From assembly GCA_040772485.1 (NCBI GenBank), contig JAXGYC010000008.1, forward strand, positions 352,001 to 416,000: a stretch of DNA of 64,000 nucleotides, in the 5' to 3' direction. Under the pieces are notes generated by a model. The model was given only the letters and a program-made list of their open reading frames with translations. It searched no databases and was not told the DNA's origin. Both the position numbers and the translations under genes were made by a program. Below, in pieces: positions 48,337 through 58,235 of this stretch. Every line of letters starts with the position of its first letter. Position 1 is the stretch's first letter. Origin of the DNA: Sedimentisphaerales bacterium (GTDB lineage: Bacteria; Planctomycetota; Phycisphaerae; Sedimentisphaerales; Anaerobacaceae).

Positions 48337-49134
48337 ATGATACGGGCAAACACATCACGACAGCTTTCGGCGATCCTTGGATTCGCCCTGCTGCTCTCGG
48401 CCGTGCCGTCGCTTCAGGCCGACACTGTGGACGCCGTGCACGATGGCTTCGGGGCCTACGACAGCATCATCTTCTGGGGCGGTGGGTACGCCGGAGACAT
48501 CGTGGGGGCCGGCGTCTACATGCTCGACAAGACCAACAGCACTGGAATCGGCGACACGTGGTCGAACGGCCTGATCCCCGGATTCTGCATCGAGCTGCAC
48601 GAACCGGCGCCCGACGTCACTGTGACATACGACGTGCAAATGCCCGACGACGTCTACAACAGCTACACGGGCGAGGTGCTCGGCACCACGAAGGCCAACT
48701 ACCTCCGCGAGCTGTGGGCCACGCATTACGACTCGGCCTGGGCCAGCGGCGGCTCCTATACCGACCAGCAGAACAGCATGGCAGCGGTTTTCGCGGCGGC
48801 GATCTGGGAAATCATCTACGAGAAGCTCCCGGCAACGCCGGCCGGCTGGGATGTCACCGTCGACGGGACGCCCGGCTACGGCGGCTTCCGCGCGACCAAC
48901 CTCGACATCGAGACCGCCAACAAATGGCTGCACGAGCTGACCGGCGGCGGCGCCAAGGCGGACCTGCTCGTCATCTCGCACAACGGCATGCAGGACTACC
49001 TCGTGGCGGTCCCCGAGCCGGCGACCCTGATGCTGCTCGGACTGGGCGGGGCGCTCGGTCTTCTTGGACGCAGACGAAGAACGATGGTGCGACAACGCTT
49101 CGATATCAGGAGCGAACGATGCATCGGCGCCTGA
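48337..49134 (+). CDS. PEP-CTERM protein
   Basis: Signal peptide; FCIE, AAIWEI; VPEPATLMLLGLGG..RRRR. Confidence 0.88.
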   Translation: MIRANTSRQLSAILGFALLLSAVPSLQADTVDAVHDGFGAYDSIIFWGGGYAGDIVGAGVYMLDKTNSTGIGDTWSNGLIPGFCIELHEPAPDVTVTYDVQMPDDVYNSYTGEVLGTTKANYLRELWATHYDSAWASGGSYTDQQNSMAAVFAAAIWEIIYEKLPATPAGWDVTVDGTPGYGGFRATNLDIETANKWLHELTGGGAKADLLVISHNGMQDYLVAVPEPATLMLLGLGGALGLLGRRRRTMVRQRFDIRSERCIGA

Positions 49135-49159
49135 GCGCGACGACACCGAAGGAAAACGC

Positions 49160-49837
49160 ATGAAAGCTTTGTTGACAGCAATGGTCATACTCGTGACAGT
49201 CGTCTGTGCCGGGGCATCTGCCGAGACGGTCCCGCCACAGCAGGTGCTGGAATTCAGCCCGGCGCCGGCCGCTGCCGGCGACTGGTCCTACAACGGCGCG
49301 GGCGTCCTGAGCTTCGACCAGGACATCATCATCAGTTCCGGCCTGGGCAGCAACTATGACGCCCTGGTCGGCGCGCACGTCTATCTGCCGACGTTTCAGG
49401 TCGCAGGCATTCCCGATGCTCCGTACGTACTGACCCCGTTGGGCAGCGCGCAGATCGTCATCAAGAGCGCCGACAACAGCGTGACCTACCTGACCGGCGC
49501 GCTGGGCAGCGGCGATCTGTCCACCATCGGAACGGTGGCCGGCGGGTTCACGCAGTTCCAGATGGACATCACCGACCTGTTCATCACGCACGAAGGCTCA
49601 GCGCTCGGATCGGCGGCACTGGCCCTCCTCGAAAACCTCGGACTACCCTCGCTCGATTTCGAGCTTTCTCTTCAAGGTGGAAGCGGCCCGGGCTACTACA
49701 GCTTCGCCCAGATGCTCGACGGCGGCTACAGCGGCAGCGGCGGGTTCAGTGGGGCCATGTCGGTCCCCGAACCGACGACCATCGCCCTGCTCGCGCTCGG
49801 CGGCCTGGCCTTGGCGCGAAAGCGCCGCAACGAATAA
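49160..49837 (+). CDS. PEP-CTERM protein
   Basis: Signal peptide ASA|E; VPEPTTIALLALGGLALARKRR. Confidence 0.88.
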   Translation: MKALLTAMVILVTVVCAGASAETVPPQQVLEFSPAPAAAGDWSYNGAGVLSFDQDIIISSGLGSNYDALVGAHVYLPTFQVAGIPDAPYVLTPLGSAQIVIKSADNSVTYLTGALGSGDLSTIGTVAGGFTQFQMDITDLFITHEGSALGSAALALLENLGLPSLDFELSLQGGSGPGYYSFAQMLDGGYSGSGGFSGAMSVPEPTTIALLALGGLALARKRRNE

Positions 49838-49862
49838 AGTGACCCCCCCTACCTTGGAAGGA

Positions 49863-49901
49863 CGGGCCGTGGCAGTCGCTCTGCCGCGGCCCGCGATTTT
49901 T
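49863..49901 (+). terminator. Intrinsic terminator after the PEP-CTERM genes
   Basis: 13-bp stem CGGGCCGTGGCAG/CTGCCGCGGCCCG followed by TTTTT. Confidence 0.7.
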
Positions 49902-50030
49902 CCGGATCGCCGAATCCGCAAAGCTTGCATTCTCTGCGCGCCGATGGCAGCATGGTAGCCGTGAGGGTCGCCTGCGTAACCAAGCGGGCGGGTGCGCTGT
50001 CTTTCGCAAGCAAGGGTTACGAGTGCGGAA

Positions 50031-51506
50031 ATGGAAATACGCAGATCCACAATTGCCATCGTTCTTGCCGTTGCGACTCTGACACCGCCAATCGGAATCG
50101 CGCCGGCGGCCGAGCGGTATGAACCGACGTGGGAATCGCTGGACGCACGGCCGACGCCGCAGTGGTTCAGGGATGCGAAGTTCGGCGTCTTTGTGTGTTG
50201 GGGCCTGTATTCCGTGCCCGCGTGGACTCCGAAGGGCCACTACGCGGAATGGTACCAGTACTGGCTCCAGGAGAAGGCCTTCGACGGTCAGGTGGCCGAG
50301 TTTCACGCGCGGACCTACGGCGCCGATTTCCAGTTCCGGGATTTTGCGCCGATGTTCAAGGCCGAGCTGTGGGACCCGAACGCCTGGGCCGATTTGTTTG
50401 CGAGGGCCGGCGCCAGGTACATCGTGCTGACCACCAAGCACCACTCCGGCTACACGCTCTGGCCCAGCGCCGAGGCCGAGCGGACCTACGGAGCGAACTA
50501 CAATCCCGTCAAGGTCGGGCCCAAGCGCGATCTCGTCGGCGACCTGGCGGCAGCGGTGCGGAAGAAAGACATCAGGGTCGGGCTGTACTATTCGCTGTAC
50601 GAGTGGTATCACCCGCTCTGGAAGAGCGACAAGGCGCGATTCGTCGAGGAGCATCTGTTTGGGCAGTTCAAGGACCTCGTGACGCGCTATCGGCCGGATG
50701 TGGTCTGGGCGGATGGGGAATGGGACCTGCCCTGGGAGCAGTGGCGCAGCCCCGAGCTTTTGGCGTGGCTGTTCAATCACGCGGCGAACGCGAACGACGT
50801 CGTCATCAACGACCGATGGGGCAAAGGGGTGCGGCACAAACACGGGGGATTCTACACGACCGAATACGGTTCCGGCCTGGACGACGATGTCCACCCCTGG
50901 GAAGAGAACCGGGGGATGGGACACTCGTACGGCTACAACCGCGCCGAGAACGCGGAGGACTATCGGTCTGCGCAGGAGCTGATCCTGATGATGGTCGATG
51001 TCGTAAGCCGGGGCGGCAACCTGTGCCTGGACATCGGGCCGCAAGCCGACGGAACGATCCCGGTGATCATGCAGGAGCGATTGCTCCAGATCGGCGCGTG
51101 GCTCGCCACCAACGGCGAAGCCATCTACGGCACGCGCATGTGGAAAGCGCCCTGCCAATGGAGCGCGGGGGACATTCCACAACTCAAGCGGGGCGAGTAC
51201 ATGACGCAGTTCAACATCCTGGAGCAGACGGTCGCCCCGCCGCCTGGGCAGGCGCGCAAAGAAGTGCTGTTCACCTTCAAGGACGGGAATCTGTACGCGA
51301 TCGCGCCCAAGTGGCCGGGCAAGGAGTTGCGCCTGAGAGACGTCCAGGCCGGCAGCAACACCACGGTGACGTTCCTGGCCACGCGTGCGACGCTGCCCTG
51401 GCGAACCGAAGGCAGCGACCTGATCGTCACACTGCCTGAGTTCGATCCCGATGAACTCGGCAATCAACACGCGTACGTGTTCCGCGTGAGTGACGTCACG
51501 CGGTAG
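50031..51506 (+). CDS. Alpha-L-fucosidase (GH29), secreted
   Basis: WFRDAKFG, TTKHHSG, WADGEW, INDRW, SRGGNL.LDIGP. Confidence 0.93.
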   Translation: MEIRRSTIAIVLAVATLTPPIGIAPAAERYEPTWESLDARPTPQWFRDAKFGVFVCWGLYSVPAWTPKGHYAEWYQYWLQEKAFDGQVAEFHARTYGADFQFRDFAPMFKAELWDPNAWADLFARAGARYIVLTTKHHSGYTLWPSAEAERTYGANYNPVKVGPKRDLVGDLAAAVRKKDIRVGLYYSLYEWYHPLWKSDKARFVEEHLFGQFKDLVTRYRPDVVWADGEWDLPWEQWRSPELLAWLFNHAANANDVVINDRWGKGVRHKHGGFYTTEYGSGLDDDVHPWEENRGMGHSYGYNRAENAEDYRSAQELILMMVDVVSRGGNLCLDIGPQADGTIPVIMQERLLQIGAWLATNGEAIYGTRMWKAPCQWSAGDIPQLKRGEYMTQFNILEQTVAPPPGQARKEVLFTFKDGNLYAIAPKWPGKELRLRDVQAGSNTTVTFLATRATLPWRTEGSDLIVTLPEFDPDELGNQHAYVFRVSDVTR

Positions 51507-51551
51507 GCCAGTAGTCCGGCGATGTCGCGATGGGCCGGGCGAGGAGCGCGC

Positions 51552-51677
51552 ATAAAAAGAGGGAGACAGCGACCCCCCTTGGCATAGACACCTGGTCAGC
51601 CGCCCCCCCTGGAAAAGAAGGAAGGAGTATTATGAGCGAGTTTTCCGGATCTCGGGCTTTTCTACTACCCCCTTACA
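51552..51677 (-). ncRNA. Putative small RNA (about 125 nt)
   Basis: TTGCTT-16-TATACT promoter (51710-51683), two hairpins, CU-rich linker, terminator stem followed by UUUUU; no minus-strand ORF. Confidence 0.55.
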
Positions 51678-51906
51678 CCCAAAGTATAGTTCAGGTTTTG
51701 GCGGAAGCAAAAACAGCGAGAGGATTCTTTCGTATGTTCCCGTGAGGGCGGTCCGCGACTGGCGGGTCGCTTGGGTCCTTTCGGTCTTTTTGGTCCTTTA
51801 GAACCTGAAGGACCGAAAGGACCAGAAGGACCGAAACGATGGATGGCCCGTACGGACGGCTGACCCGCCGGCGGCGCGCCGGTTCGAACTTGCATGAGGA
51901 CCGTGG

Positions 51907-54396
51907 ATGCTACCGTTTGCCGATCCTGTACTGATCTTCGGCAGCGTCATGGCGCTGATTCTGGTCGTGCCGCTGTTCGCGAGGGGACTGCACCTGCCCG
52001 AGATCATCGGGTTGATCGCCGCCGGAATCGTCTTCGGTCCGCACGGCCTCGGGATTCTGGCCCGGGACCAGACCGTCCATCTGCTCGGCACGGTCGGCCT
52101 GCTGTACATCATGTTCCTCGCGGGGCTGGAGATCGACCTGCACCAGGTCCGAAAGAACCGCAGCCACGCGATCGTCTTCGGGCTTCTGACGTTCAGCATT
52201 CCCCTGGCGATGGGAATCCCGATGGGCATCTGGGTGCTCGGGCTGACCGTTCCTTCGGCCATTCTCCTGGCGAGCATGTTCAGCTCTCACACGCTGCTGA
52301 CCTTTCCCGTCGTGGGCAAGCTGGGCCTGGCCAAGTCCCGTTCGGTGACGACAGTCATCGGCGGAACCATCATCACCGACACGCTGGCCCTGCTGTTGCT
52401 CTCGGTGATCGCCAGCACCACGCGCGGCGAAGTGACCGTCGGCTTCTGGGTCCGGCTGTTCGTCCTGATGGTCGTGTACATTGCGGCCGTCCTGACCCTC
52501 ATCCCGCTGATCGGCCGGAAGTTCTTCCGCGATATCGCCGTCGACGAGAACAGCGAGTTCATCTTCGTCCTGGCGGTCGCCCTGCTCAGTTCGTATCTGG
52601 CACACGTGGCCGGACTGGAGCCGATCATCGGGGCCTTCCTGGCCGGGATTGCACTGAACTCCCTGATCCCCGAGAAGAGCCTTCTGATGACCCGGATTCA
52701 CTTCACCGGCGACATCATCTTCATCCCCTTCTTCCTGCTGTCCGTGGGCATGCTGGTCGATCTGGGTCTGCTGCTGACGGGGTCGGGGGCGTGGATCGTC
52801 TCTATCAGCATGATCGTGGTTGCCCTGCTGGCCAAGTGGGCCGCTGCCCGAGCCGGCGAGGCGGCGCTGCGGTACCGCCGGGACGAAGGCCGACTCATGT
52901 ATGGGCTCAGCGTCAATCAGGCCGCCGCCACGCTGGCCGCAGTCATGGTGGGCTATGACCTCGGACTGTTCTCCGAGGCGGTCATCACCGGCACCATCAT
53001 GATGATCGCTGTGACCTGCCTGGTCGGCTCGATCGTCACCGAACGAGCCGGACGGGCGGTCGCTCTGCACGAAGAGCAGGCGGGCTTCGATGCGTCGTCG
53101 GCGCCGCACCGGATCATGATTCCCCTGGAGGAGCAAGGAGGGGCCAGAGAGTTGCTCGACGTCGCGCTGCTGCTTCGGGAGAAAGGATCGCACGAGCCGC
53201 TGTACCCTGTTCGCGTGGCCGAGGAGGGCAGCGACTCCGACCAGCAGGTGGCGGCAGCCGAGAAGATTCTCGCCCATACGGTCGTCCGCGCTATGGCGGC
53301 CGGCGTCCCCGTGACTCCCCTGACCAGCGTGGACATCAGCGTCACCTCGGGCATCCTGCGGACCATCCGCGACAATCGGATCTCCATGGTCCTGTTGAAC
53401 TGGGATGGGCAGGTGGGCTTCAAGACCCGGACGTTCGGACGCATCATCGATGCCGTCGTCGAACAGAGCGTTCAATTCATCCTGATCAACCGTTTCCGCG
53501 AACCGGTCAGCACCACCGGCCGGATTGTGCTGGTCCTGCCGCCCCTGGCGGAGCGCCAGCCCGGCTTCGAGTCGGTCGTCACCGCCGTCAAGACACTGGC
53601 CAACCAGGCGGGAACCACCCTGCTGGTCCGCTGTTCCGTCGAGACGAAGGCCGCCGCGGAAACGTTCGTCATGAAAACGCCGCCTTCGGTGTCCACGTCC
53701 ATACGGACCTTCGGCGCGTGGAAGACCGTGCAGGGAGACCTGGCCGACGAGATCGACCCGAACGATTGGCTCATCCTCATGAGCGCGCGAAAGGGAGAGG
53801 TCGCATGGCAGCCCATTCTGGACCGTCTGCCCGGTCGTCTGGCCGGGCAATTCCCCAACACGACGTTCTCCGTCGTCATACCGCCGACCCAACGGTGGGA
53901 CAGCCAGCAGGCGGCCGACAAGATCCTCGATTCCTCCTACATCTTCTCGACGTTCACCCGCGAGAGAACAAGGTTGCAGATGGACGTCACGAGCACGGAG
54001 CAGGCGATTCGAGAGCTGCTGAGCTGCCATTTCCGCGAGGGCTCCGACGAGGCGCGTGCGATCACCCGCCTGCTGCACACGATGAGCCAGCAGGAGCCCG
54101 TGGAGCTGACTAAGGACGTCGTTTTGCTCCATGCCCATATACCGCAGGTCTTCGGGTCGACCGTCTTCCTGGGAGTCTCACGAAGCCGCCTGGATGTGCC
54201 GCTTGCCTCGGGTGAACCCCACATTCTGATCATCCTGCTGGACCCGGTCGGACAGGACCCGGCCAGGCACCTGCGGGCTTTGGCGGACATCGCCCGGATC
54301 ATTCGCCTGCCCGACATGGTCCAGGTGCTTCGGACCGCGAAGGATTTCGACAGCCTGATCTCGGACATTGCCCTGCGAACGATCGGCAAGAGGTAG
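51907..54396 (+). CDS. CPA2 cation:proton antiporter with USP-like and PTS EIIA-like C-terminal domains
   Basis: FLAGLEID, GGTIITD, GAFLAG, FIPFF; C-terminal VVLLHAH...HLRALADIAR. Confidence 0.85.
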   Translation: MLPFADPVLIFGSVMALILVVPLFARGLHLPEIIGLIAAGIVFGPHGLGILARDQTVHLLGTVGLLYIMFLAGLEIDLHQVRKNRSHAIVFGLLTFSIPLAMGIPMGIWVLGLTVPSAILLASMFSSHTLLTFPVVGKLGLAKSRSVTTVIGGTIITDTLALLLLSVIASTTRGEVTVGFWVRLFVLMVVYIAAVLTLIPLIGRKFFRDIAVDENSEFIFVLAVALLSSYLAHVAGLEPIIGAFLAGIALNSLIPEKSLLMTRIHFTGDIIFIPFFLLSVGMLVDLGLLLTGSGAWIVSISMIVVALLAKWAAARAGEAALRYRRDEGRLMYGLSVNQAAATLAAVMVGYDLGLFSEAVITGTIMMIAVTCLVGSIVTERAGRAVALHEEQAGFDASSAPHRIMIPLEEQGGARELLDVALLLREKGSHEPLYPVRVAEEGSDSDQQVAAAEKILAHTVVRAMAAGVPVTPLTSVDISVTSGILRTIRDNRISMVLLNWDGQVGFKTRTFGRIIDAVVEQSVQFILINRFREPVSTTGRIVLVLPPLAERQPGFESVVTAVKTLANQAGTTLLVRCSVETKAAAETFVMKTPPSVSTSIRTFGAWKTVQGDLADEIDPNDWLILMSARKGEVAWQPILDRLPGRLAGQFPNTTFSVVIPPTQRWDSQQAADKILDSSYIFSTFTRERTRLQMDVTSTEQAIRELLSCHFREGSDEARAITRLLHTMSQQEPVELTKDVVLLHAHIPQVFGSTVFLGVSRSRLDVPLASGEPHILIILLDPVGQDPARHLRALADIARIIRLPDMVQVLRTAKDFDSLISDIALRTIGKR

Positions 54397-54484
54397 AGCC
54401 GGACACGGCGGCCCCGGACTACAGAATCCGGGCGATGGCGGCCCGGAGAGCGGAAAATCAGCGGATTCTTGCCTCCTGCGACCC

Positions 54485-54513
54485 TTGACTTACGCCGGTG
54501 TCAGTGGTAGGTT
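54485..54513 (+). promoter_or_regulatory. gyrA promoter
   Basis: TTGACT, 17 bp, TG-n-TAGGTT. Confidence 0.65.
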
Positions 54514-54651
54514 ATGGGCTTTTGGGAACCCTGGCCAGGGACGGTGATCGGTATTTGCACGGGTGTGTCACACCTTTTTTTTGAACAGAATCCAGCGCGG
54601 CCGCCGTGCTTGGCGACTTGACCCGAATTCGGACCAATCGAGATCGAAGAC

Positions 54652-57213
54652 ATGACGAAGGACGTGGAACAGCCCCAGGAACGCTTTGAGGATATGCCGA
54701 TTCTTGAGGAGCTCAAGAATTCATATCTGAACTACGCGATGAGCGTGATCGTGTCGCGGGCCCTGCCCGATGCGCGGGACGGCCTGAAGCCCTCCCAGAG
54801 GCGCATTCTCGTGGCGATGAACGATCTGAATCTGGGACCACGAAGCACCCATCGAAAGTGCGCCAAGATCGTCGGCGACACGAGCGGCAACTATCACCCC
54901 CACGGGGACCAGGCCACTTACGGGACGCTTGTCCGCTTGGGCCAGGACTGGAACATGCGGTACACGCTGGTGGACCCGCAGGGCAACTTCGGCAGCATCG
55001 ACGCCGACCCGCCCGCGGCCATGCGATATACCGAGGCCCGCATGGCGGCGCCCGCCATGGAGATGCTCCAGGACCTCAACTACGAAACCGTAGATTTCAT
55101 CCCGAACTACGACGAGACGCGGATGGAGCCGGTGGTGCTTCCGTCGCGGTTTCCGAACCTGCTGGTCAACGGCTCGACGGGGATCGCGGTCGGGATGGCC
55201 ACGAACATCCCGCCGCACAACGTCAAGGAGATCTGCGAAGCCCTGCTGCTGGTGATCAACGACCCGAAGTGCGGATTCAAGGACATCATGAAGGTCCTGC
55301 CCGGCCCGGACTTCCCCACCGGCGGCATCATCTGCGGCAAGAAGGGCATCGTCGACGCCTACACCACCGGCCGCGGCCACCTGAAGCTGCGGGCCAAAAC
55401 CGAGGTCGAAACCGACAAACGCGGCCGGGAGCGAATCGTCGTCACCGAGATTCCGTACACCGTCATCAAGACAGCGATCGTCTCGAAGATCGCCGAGTGC
55501 GTGCACGGCGGGACCATCCCGGAGATCGCCGACGTCCGCGACGAGTCCGATCGCCACGGGCTGCGCATCGTGGTGGAGCTGAAGAAGGACTCCGATTCCG
55601 AGGTCGTGCTGAACAAGCTGTTCCGCTATACGCCGTTGCAGACCACGTTCGCCATCGCCAACATCGCGCTGGTCAACAATCAGCCCGAGACGCTCAACAT
55701 CCGCGAGATGTTGCAGTGCTTCATCGATCATCGCAAGAACGTCATTCGCCGGCGGAGCCGGTTTCTTCTGCGACGATGCCGCAACCGGGCCCACATCCTC
55801 GAAGGTCTGATCCTGGCGGTGACGGACATCGACGAGATCATCGAGATCATCAAGAAATCGCCGGATGCGCCGACTGCCAAGCTGAACCTGATGAACAAGC
55901 CGTTGCGTCTGGCCGAGATGGCGACGCTGCACAAGCTGCTGCCCGCCGCGTTCGTCAAGGCCAAGAGCCGCGGGGACCACTTCCTCACCGGCCCGCAGGC
56001 GGACGCGATCCTGACGATGCAGTTGCAGCGGTTGACCGGCCTGGAGATCGAGAAACTGGCCAAGGAATACGCCGGACTCATCGAGCAGATCGAGGGCTAT
56101 GAAGCCATCCTCTCCAACGAGAGCGTCCTGCTCGACATCATCCGCGAGGACCTGCACGAGATCAAAGAGAAGTACGGGGACCGCCGCCGCACGCAGATCG
56201 CCGGCGCCGTCGAAACGCTCGACATCGAAGACCTCATCGCCGACGAAGACGTCATCGTCACCGTCAGTCACATCGGCTACATCAAGCGCATGCCCACCGA
56301 CACCTACCGCCGCCAGGGCCGGGGCGGTCGCGGTGTCATCGGCTCCGACACGAAAGAAGGCGATTTCATCAAGCACCTCTTCATCGCCTCGACCCACGAT
56401 TATCTGCTGGTCTTCACCAACCGGGGCAAATGCTACTGGCTGAGGGTCTACGACGTGCCCGCCATGAGCCGCCAGAGCAAGGGACGCAGCATCGCCAACC
56501 TGCTGAACCTGGGCAACCAGCAGATCGCCTCGATCATCGCGGTCAGCAGCTTCGAGGATGAAGAGGGCGGTCCCGAACGGCAGCTCGTGATGGCGACCAA
56601 GAACGGCGTGGTGAAAAAGACGCGGCTGAACGCCTATGGCAACCCGCGCGCCAACGGCGTGATTGCGATCAACCTGGACCCGAACGACGCCCTGATCGGA
56701 GTGGCACAGACCACCGGCGAGAACCACATCATCCTGGGCACGCGCGACGGGATGACCATCCGCTTTGACGAAGGGGAGGTCCGCTCGATGGGCCGCGCTT
56801 CTCGCGGCGTTCGCGGCATCCACCTGCGCGGCGGCGACGAGGTCGTCGGCATGGTCATCGTCGAGGAGAAGTCGGCGTTGTTCACGGTCTGCGAAAACGG
56901 GTACGGCAAGCGCACGGGCATCGAGAACTACAAGGCCCAGTCGCGCGGCGGCCTCGGCCTCAAGAACATCAAGACCTCGGACCGCAACGGCAAGGTCGTG
57001 GCGCTCAAGGCGGTGCAGAGCGAAGACGACCTGATGCTCATCACCGCCAACGGGATGATCATCCGCACGGGCCTCGACGAGATCCGGTCCATCGGCCGCA
57101 ATACGCAGGGCGTGCGGCTGATCAACCTCAAGGAAGGCGACAAGCTGGTCGCCGCCGAGAAGATCGCCGCCGAAGACCTCGAGGACGAAGGCGAAGGTGA
57201 AGGCGAGGCATAA
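54652..57213 (+). CDS. gyrA: DNA gyrase subunit A
   Basis: RDGLKPSQRR, YHPHGD, AAMRYTE, GyrA-box QGRGGRG, six-bladed CTD, acidic tail. Confidence 0.96.
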   Translation: MTKDVEQPQERFEDMPILEELKNSYLNYAMSVIVSRALPDARDGLKPSQRRILVAMNDLNLGPRSTHRKCAKIVGDTSGNYHPHGDQATYGTLVRLGQDWNMRYTLVDPQGNFGSIDADPPAAMRYTEARMAAPAMEMLQDLNYETVDFIPNYDETRMEPVVLPSRFPNLLVNGSTGIAVGMATNIPPHNVKEICEALLLVINDPKCGFKDIMKVLPGPDFPTGGIICGKKGIVDAYTTGRGHLKLRAKTEVETDKRGRERIVVTEIPYTVIKTAIVSKIAECVHGGTIPEIADVRDESDRHGLRIVVELKKDSDSEVVLNKLFRYTPLQTTFAIANIALVNNQPETLNIREMLQCFIDHRKNVIRRRSRFLLRRCRNRAHILEGLILAVTDIDEIIEIIKKSPDAPTAKLNLMNKPLRLAEMATLHKLLPAAFVKAKSRGDHFLTGPQADAILTMQLQRLTGLEIEKLAKEYAGLIEQIEGYEAILSNESVLLDIIREDLHEIKEKYGDRRRTQIAGAVETLDIEDLIADEDVIVTVSHIGYIKRMPTDTYRRQGRGGRGVIGSDTKEGDFIKHLFIASTHDYLLVFTNRGKCYWLRVYDVPAMSRQSKGRSIANLLNLGNQQIASIIAVSSFEDEEGGPERQLVMATKNGVVKKTRLNAYGNPRANGVIAINLDPNDALIGVAQTTGENHIILGTRDGMTIRFDEGEVRSMGRASRGVRGIHLRGGDEVVGMVIVEEKSALFTVCENGYGKRTGIENYKAQSRGGLGLKNIKTSDRNGKVVALKAVQSEDDLMLITANGMIIRTGLDEIRSIGRNTQGVRLINLKEGDKLVAAEKIAAEDLEDEGEGEGEA

Positions 57214-57270
57214 GCCGGCCGGAAGAATAGCGTCTGACGACGCCACTACAAACGGGGTCAGGACCCGTCC

Positions 57271-58224
57271 ATGGGCGAGCAGATTTACGTCATCGCAGGC
57301 AAAGAGGAACCGCTGGTCAACGCCCGGTGCCAGGAGCTGATCGATCGCCTGGTCGATCCGCAAGACCGGATGACGGGACTGCTTTCGGCTGACGGCGATC
57401 AACTCTCCATTTCCGATGTGCTCGACGAACTGCGCACCGCGCCCTTCCTGACGGGCCGGCGCGTCGTGGTCGTCAAGGGCGCCGACGAGTTCGTCTCGAA
57501 GAACCGTTCGGCCCTGGAACACTACTTCGACAAACCGTCTGCGACCGGCGTTCTCGTGCTGACCGTCGGCAGTTGGCCCAAGCAGACGAAGCTGGCCAGG
57601 AAGCTTGGCAAGGTCGGCGCGCTGATCGAGATCAGTCCGCCGAAGCGCTACGAGCTGCCGAAGTATCTCGCCGAATACGCGCAGCGAACGAGCAAGATGA
57701 AACTCGACCGCCCGGCCGCTGAGATGCTGATCGAGCTGGTGGGAGAAGACCTCACGCTGCTCTGCAACGAGATCGACAAGCTGGCGTTGTTCGCGCGCGA
57801 CGAGAAGGCGATTACCAGCAAGCACGTCGAGTCGCTGGCCGGACACAATCGCATCTTCGGCGCGTTTGAAGTGATCGAAGCGATGATCGCTGGCGATCCG
57901 CTTCAGGCGATCCGGCGGCTGCGCAACATGTTCGAAGAGGACAAAAGCGCCGAGTACACCGTCGTCGGCGCCTTCGCCTACCACCTGCGCCGCATGTTCA
58001 GCGCCAAGACCCTGCTCGAGAAGGGCGCCGGCCCGGGCGACGTCGCGCAGAAGCTGCGGATCTGGAACAACAAGGACCGTTTCTTCACGCAATTGAAGCA
58101 GACGTCGCTGGAGCAGTTGGGCAAATACATCGAGCAATTGGCCGCCATCGACTACGCCGTCAAAACCGGCCAGGCCAAAACCCAGGTCGCGATGGAGCAG
58201 CTCGTGCTCCGCCTGGCCGGGTAG
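57271..58224 (+). CDS. holA: DNA polymerase III delta subunit
   Basis: IYVIAGKE, LRTAPFL..RRVVVV, L.NEIDKL, D.AVKTG. Confidence 0.88.
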   Translation: MGEQIYVIAGKEEPLVNARCQELIDRLVDPQDRMTGLLSADGDQLSISDVLDELRTAPFLTGRRVVVVKGADEFVSKNRSALEHYFDKPSATGVLVLTVGSWPKQTKLARKLGKVGALIEISPPKRYELPKYLAEYAQRTSKMKLDRPAAEMLIELVGEDLTLLCNEIDKLALFARDEKAITSKHVESLAGHNRIFGAFEVIEAMIAGDPLQAIRRLRNMFEEDKSAEYTVVGAFAYHLRRMFSAKTLLEKGAGPGDVAQKLRIWNNKDRFFTQLKQTSLEQLGKYIEQLAAIDYAVKTGQAKTQVAMEQLVLRLAG

Positions 58225-58235
58225 TGCCGATTCTT

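Noticed and set aside
51552..51677. SRP (4.5S), 6S or tmRNA identity for the putative sRNA
   Set aside because: Lacks the SRP domain IV motif, the 6S long rod with paired ends, and tRNA-like ends
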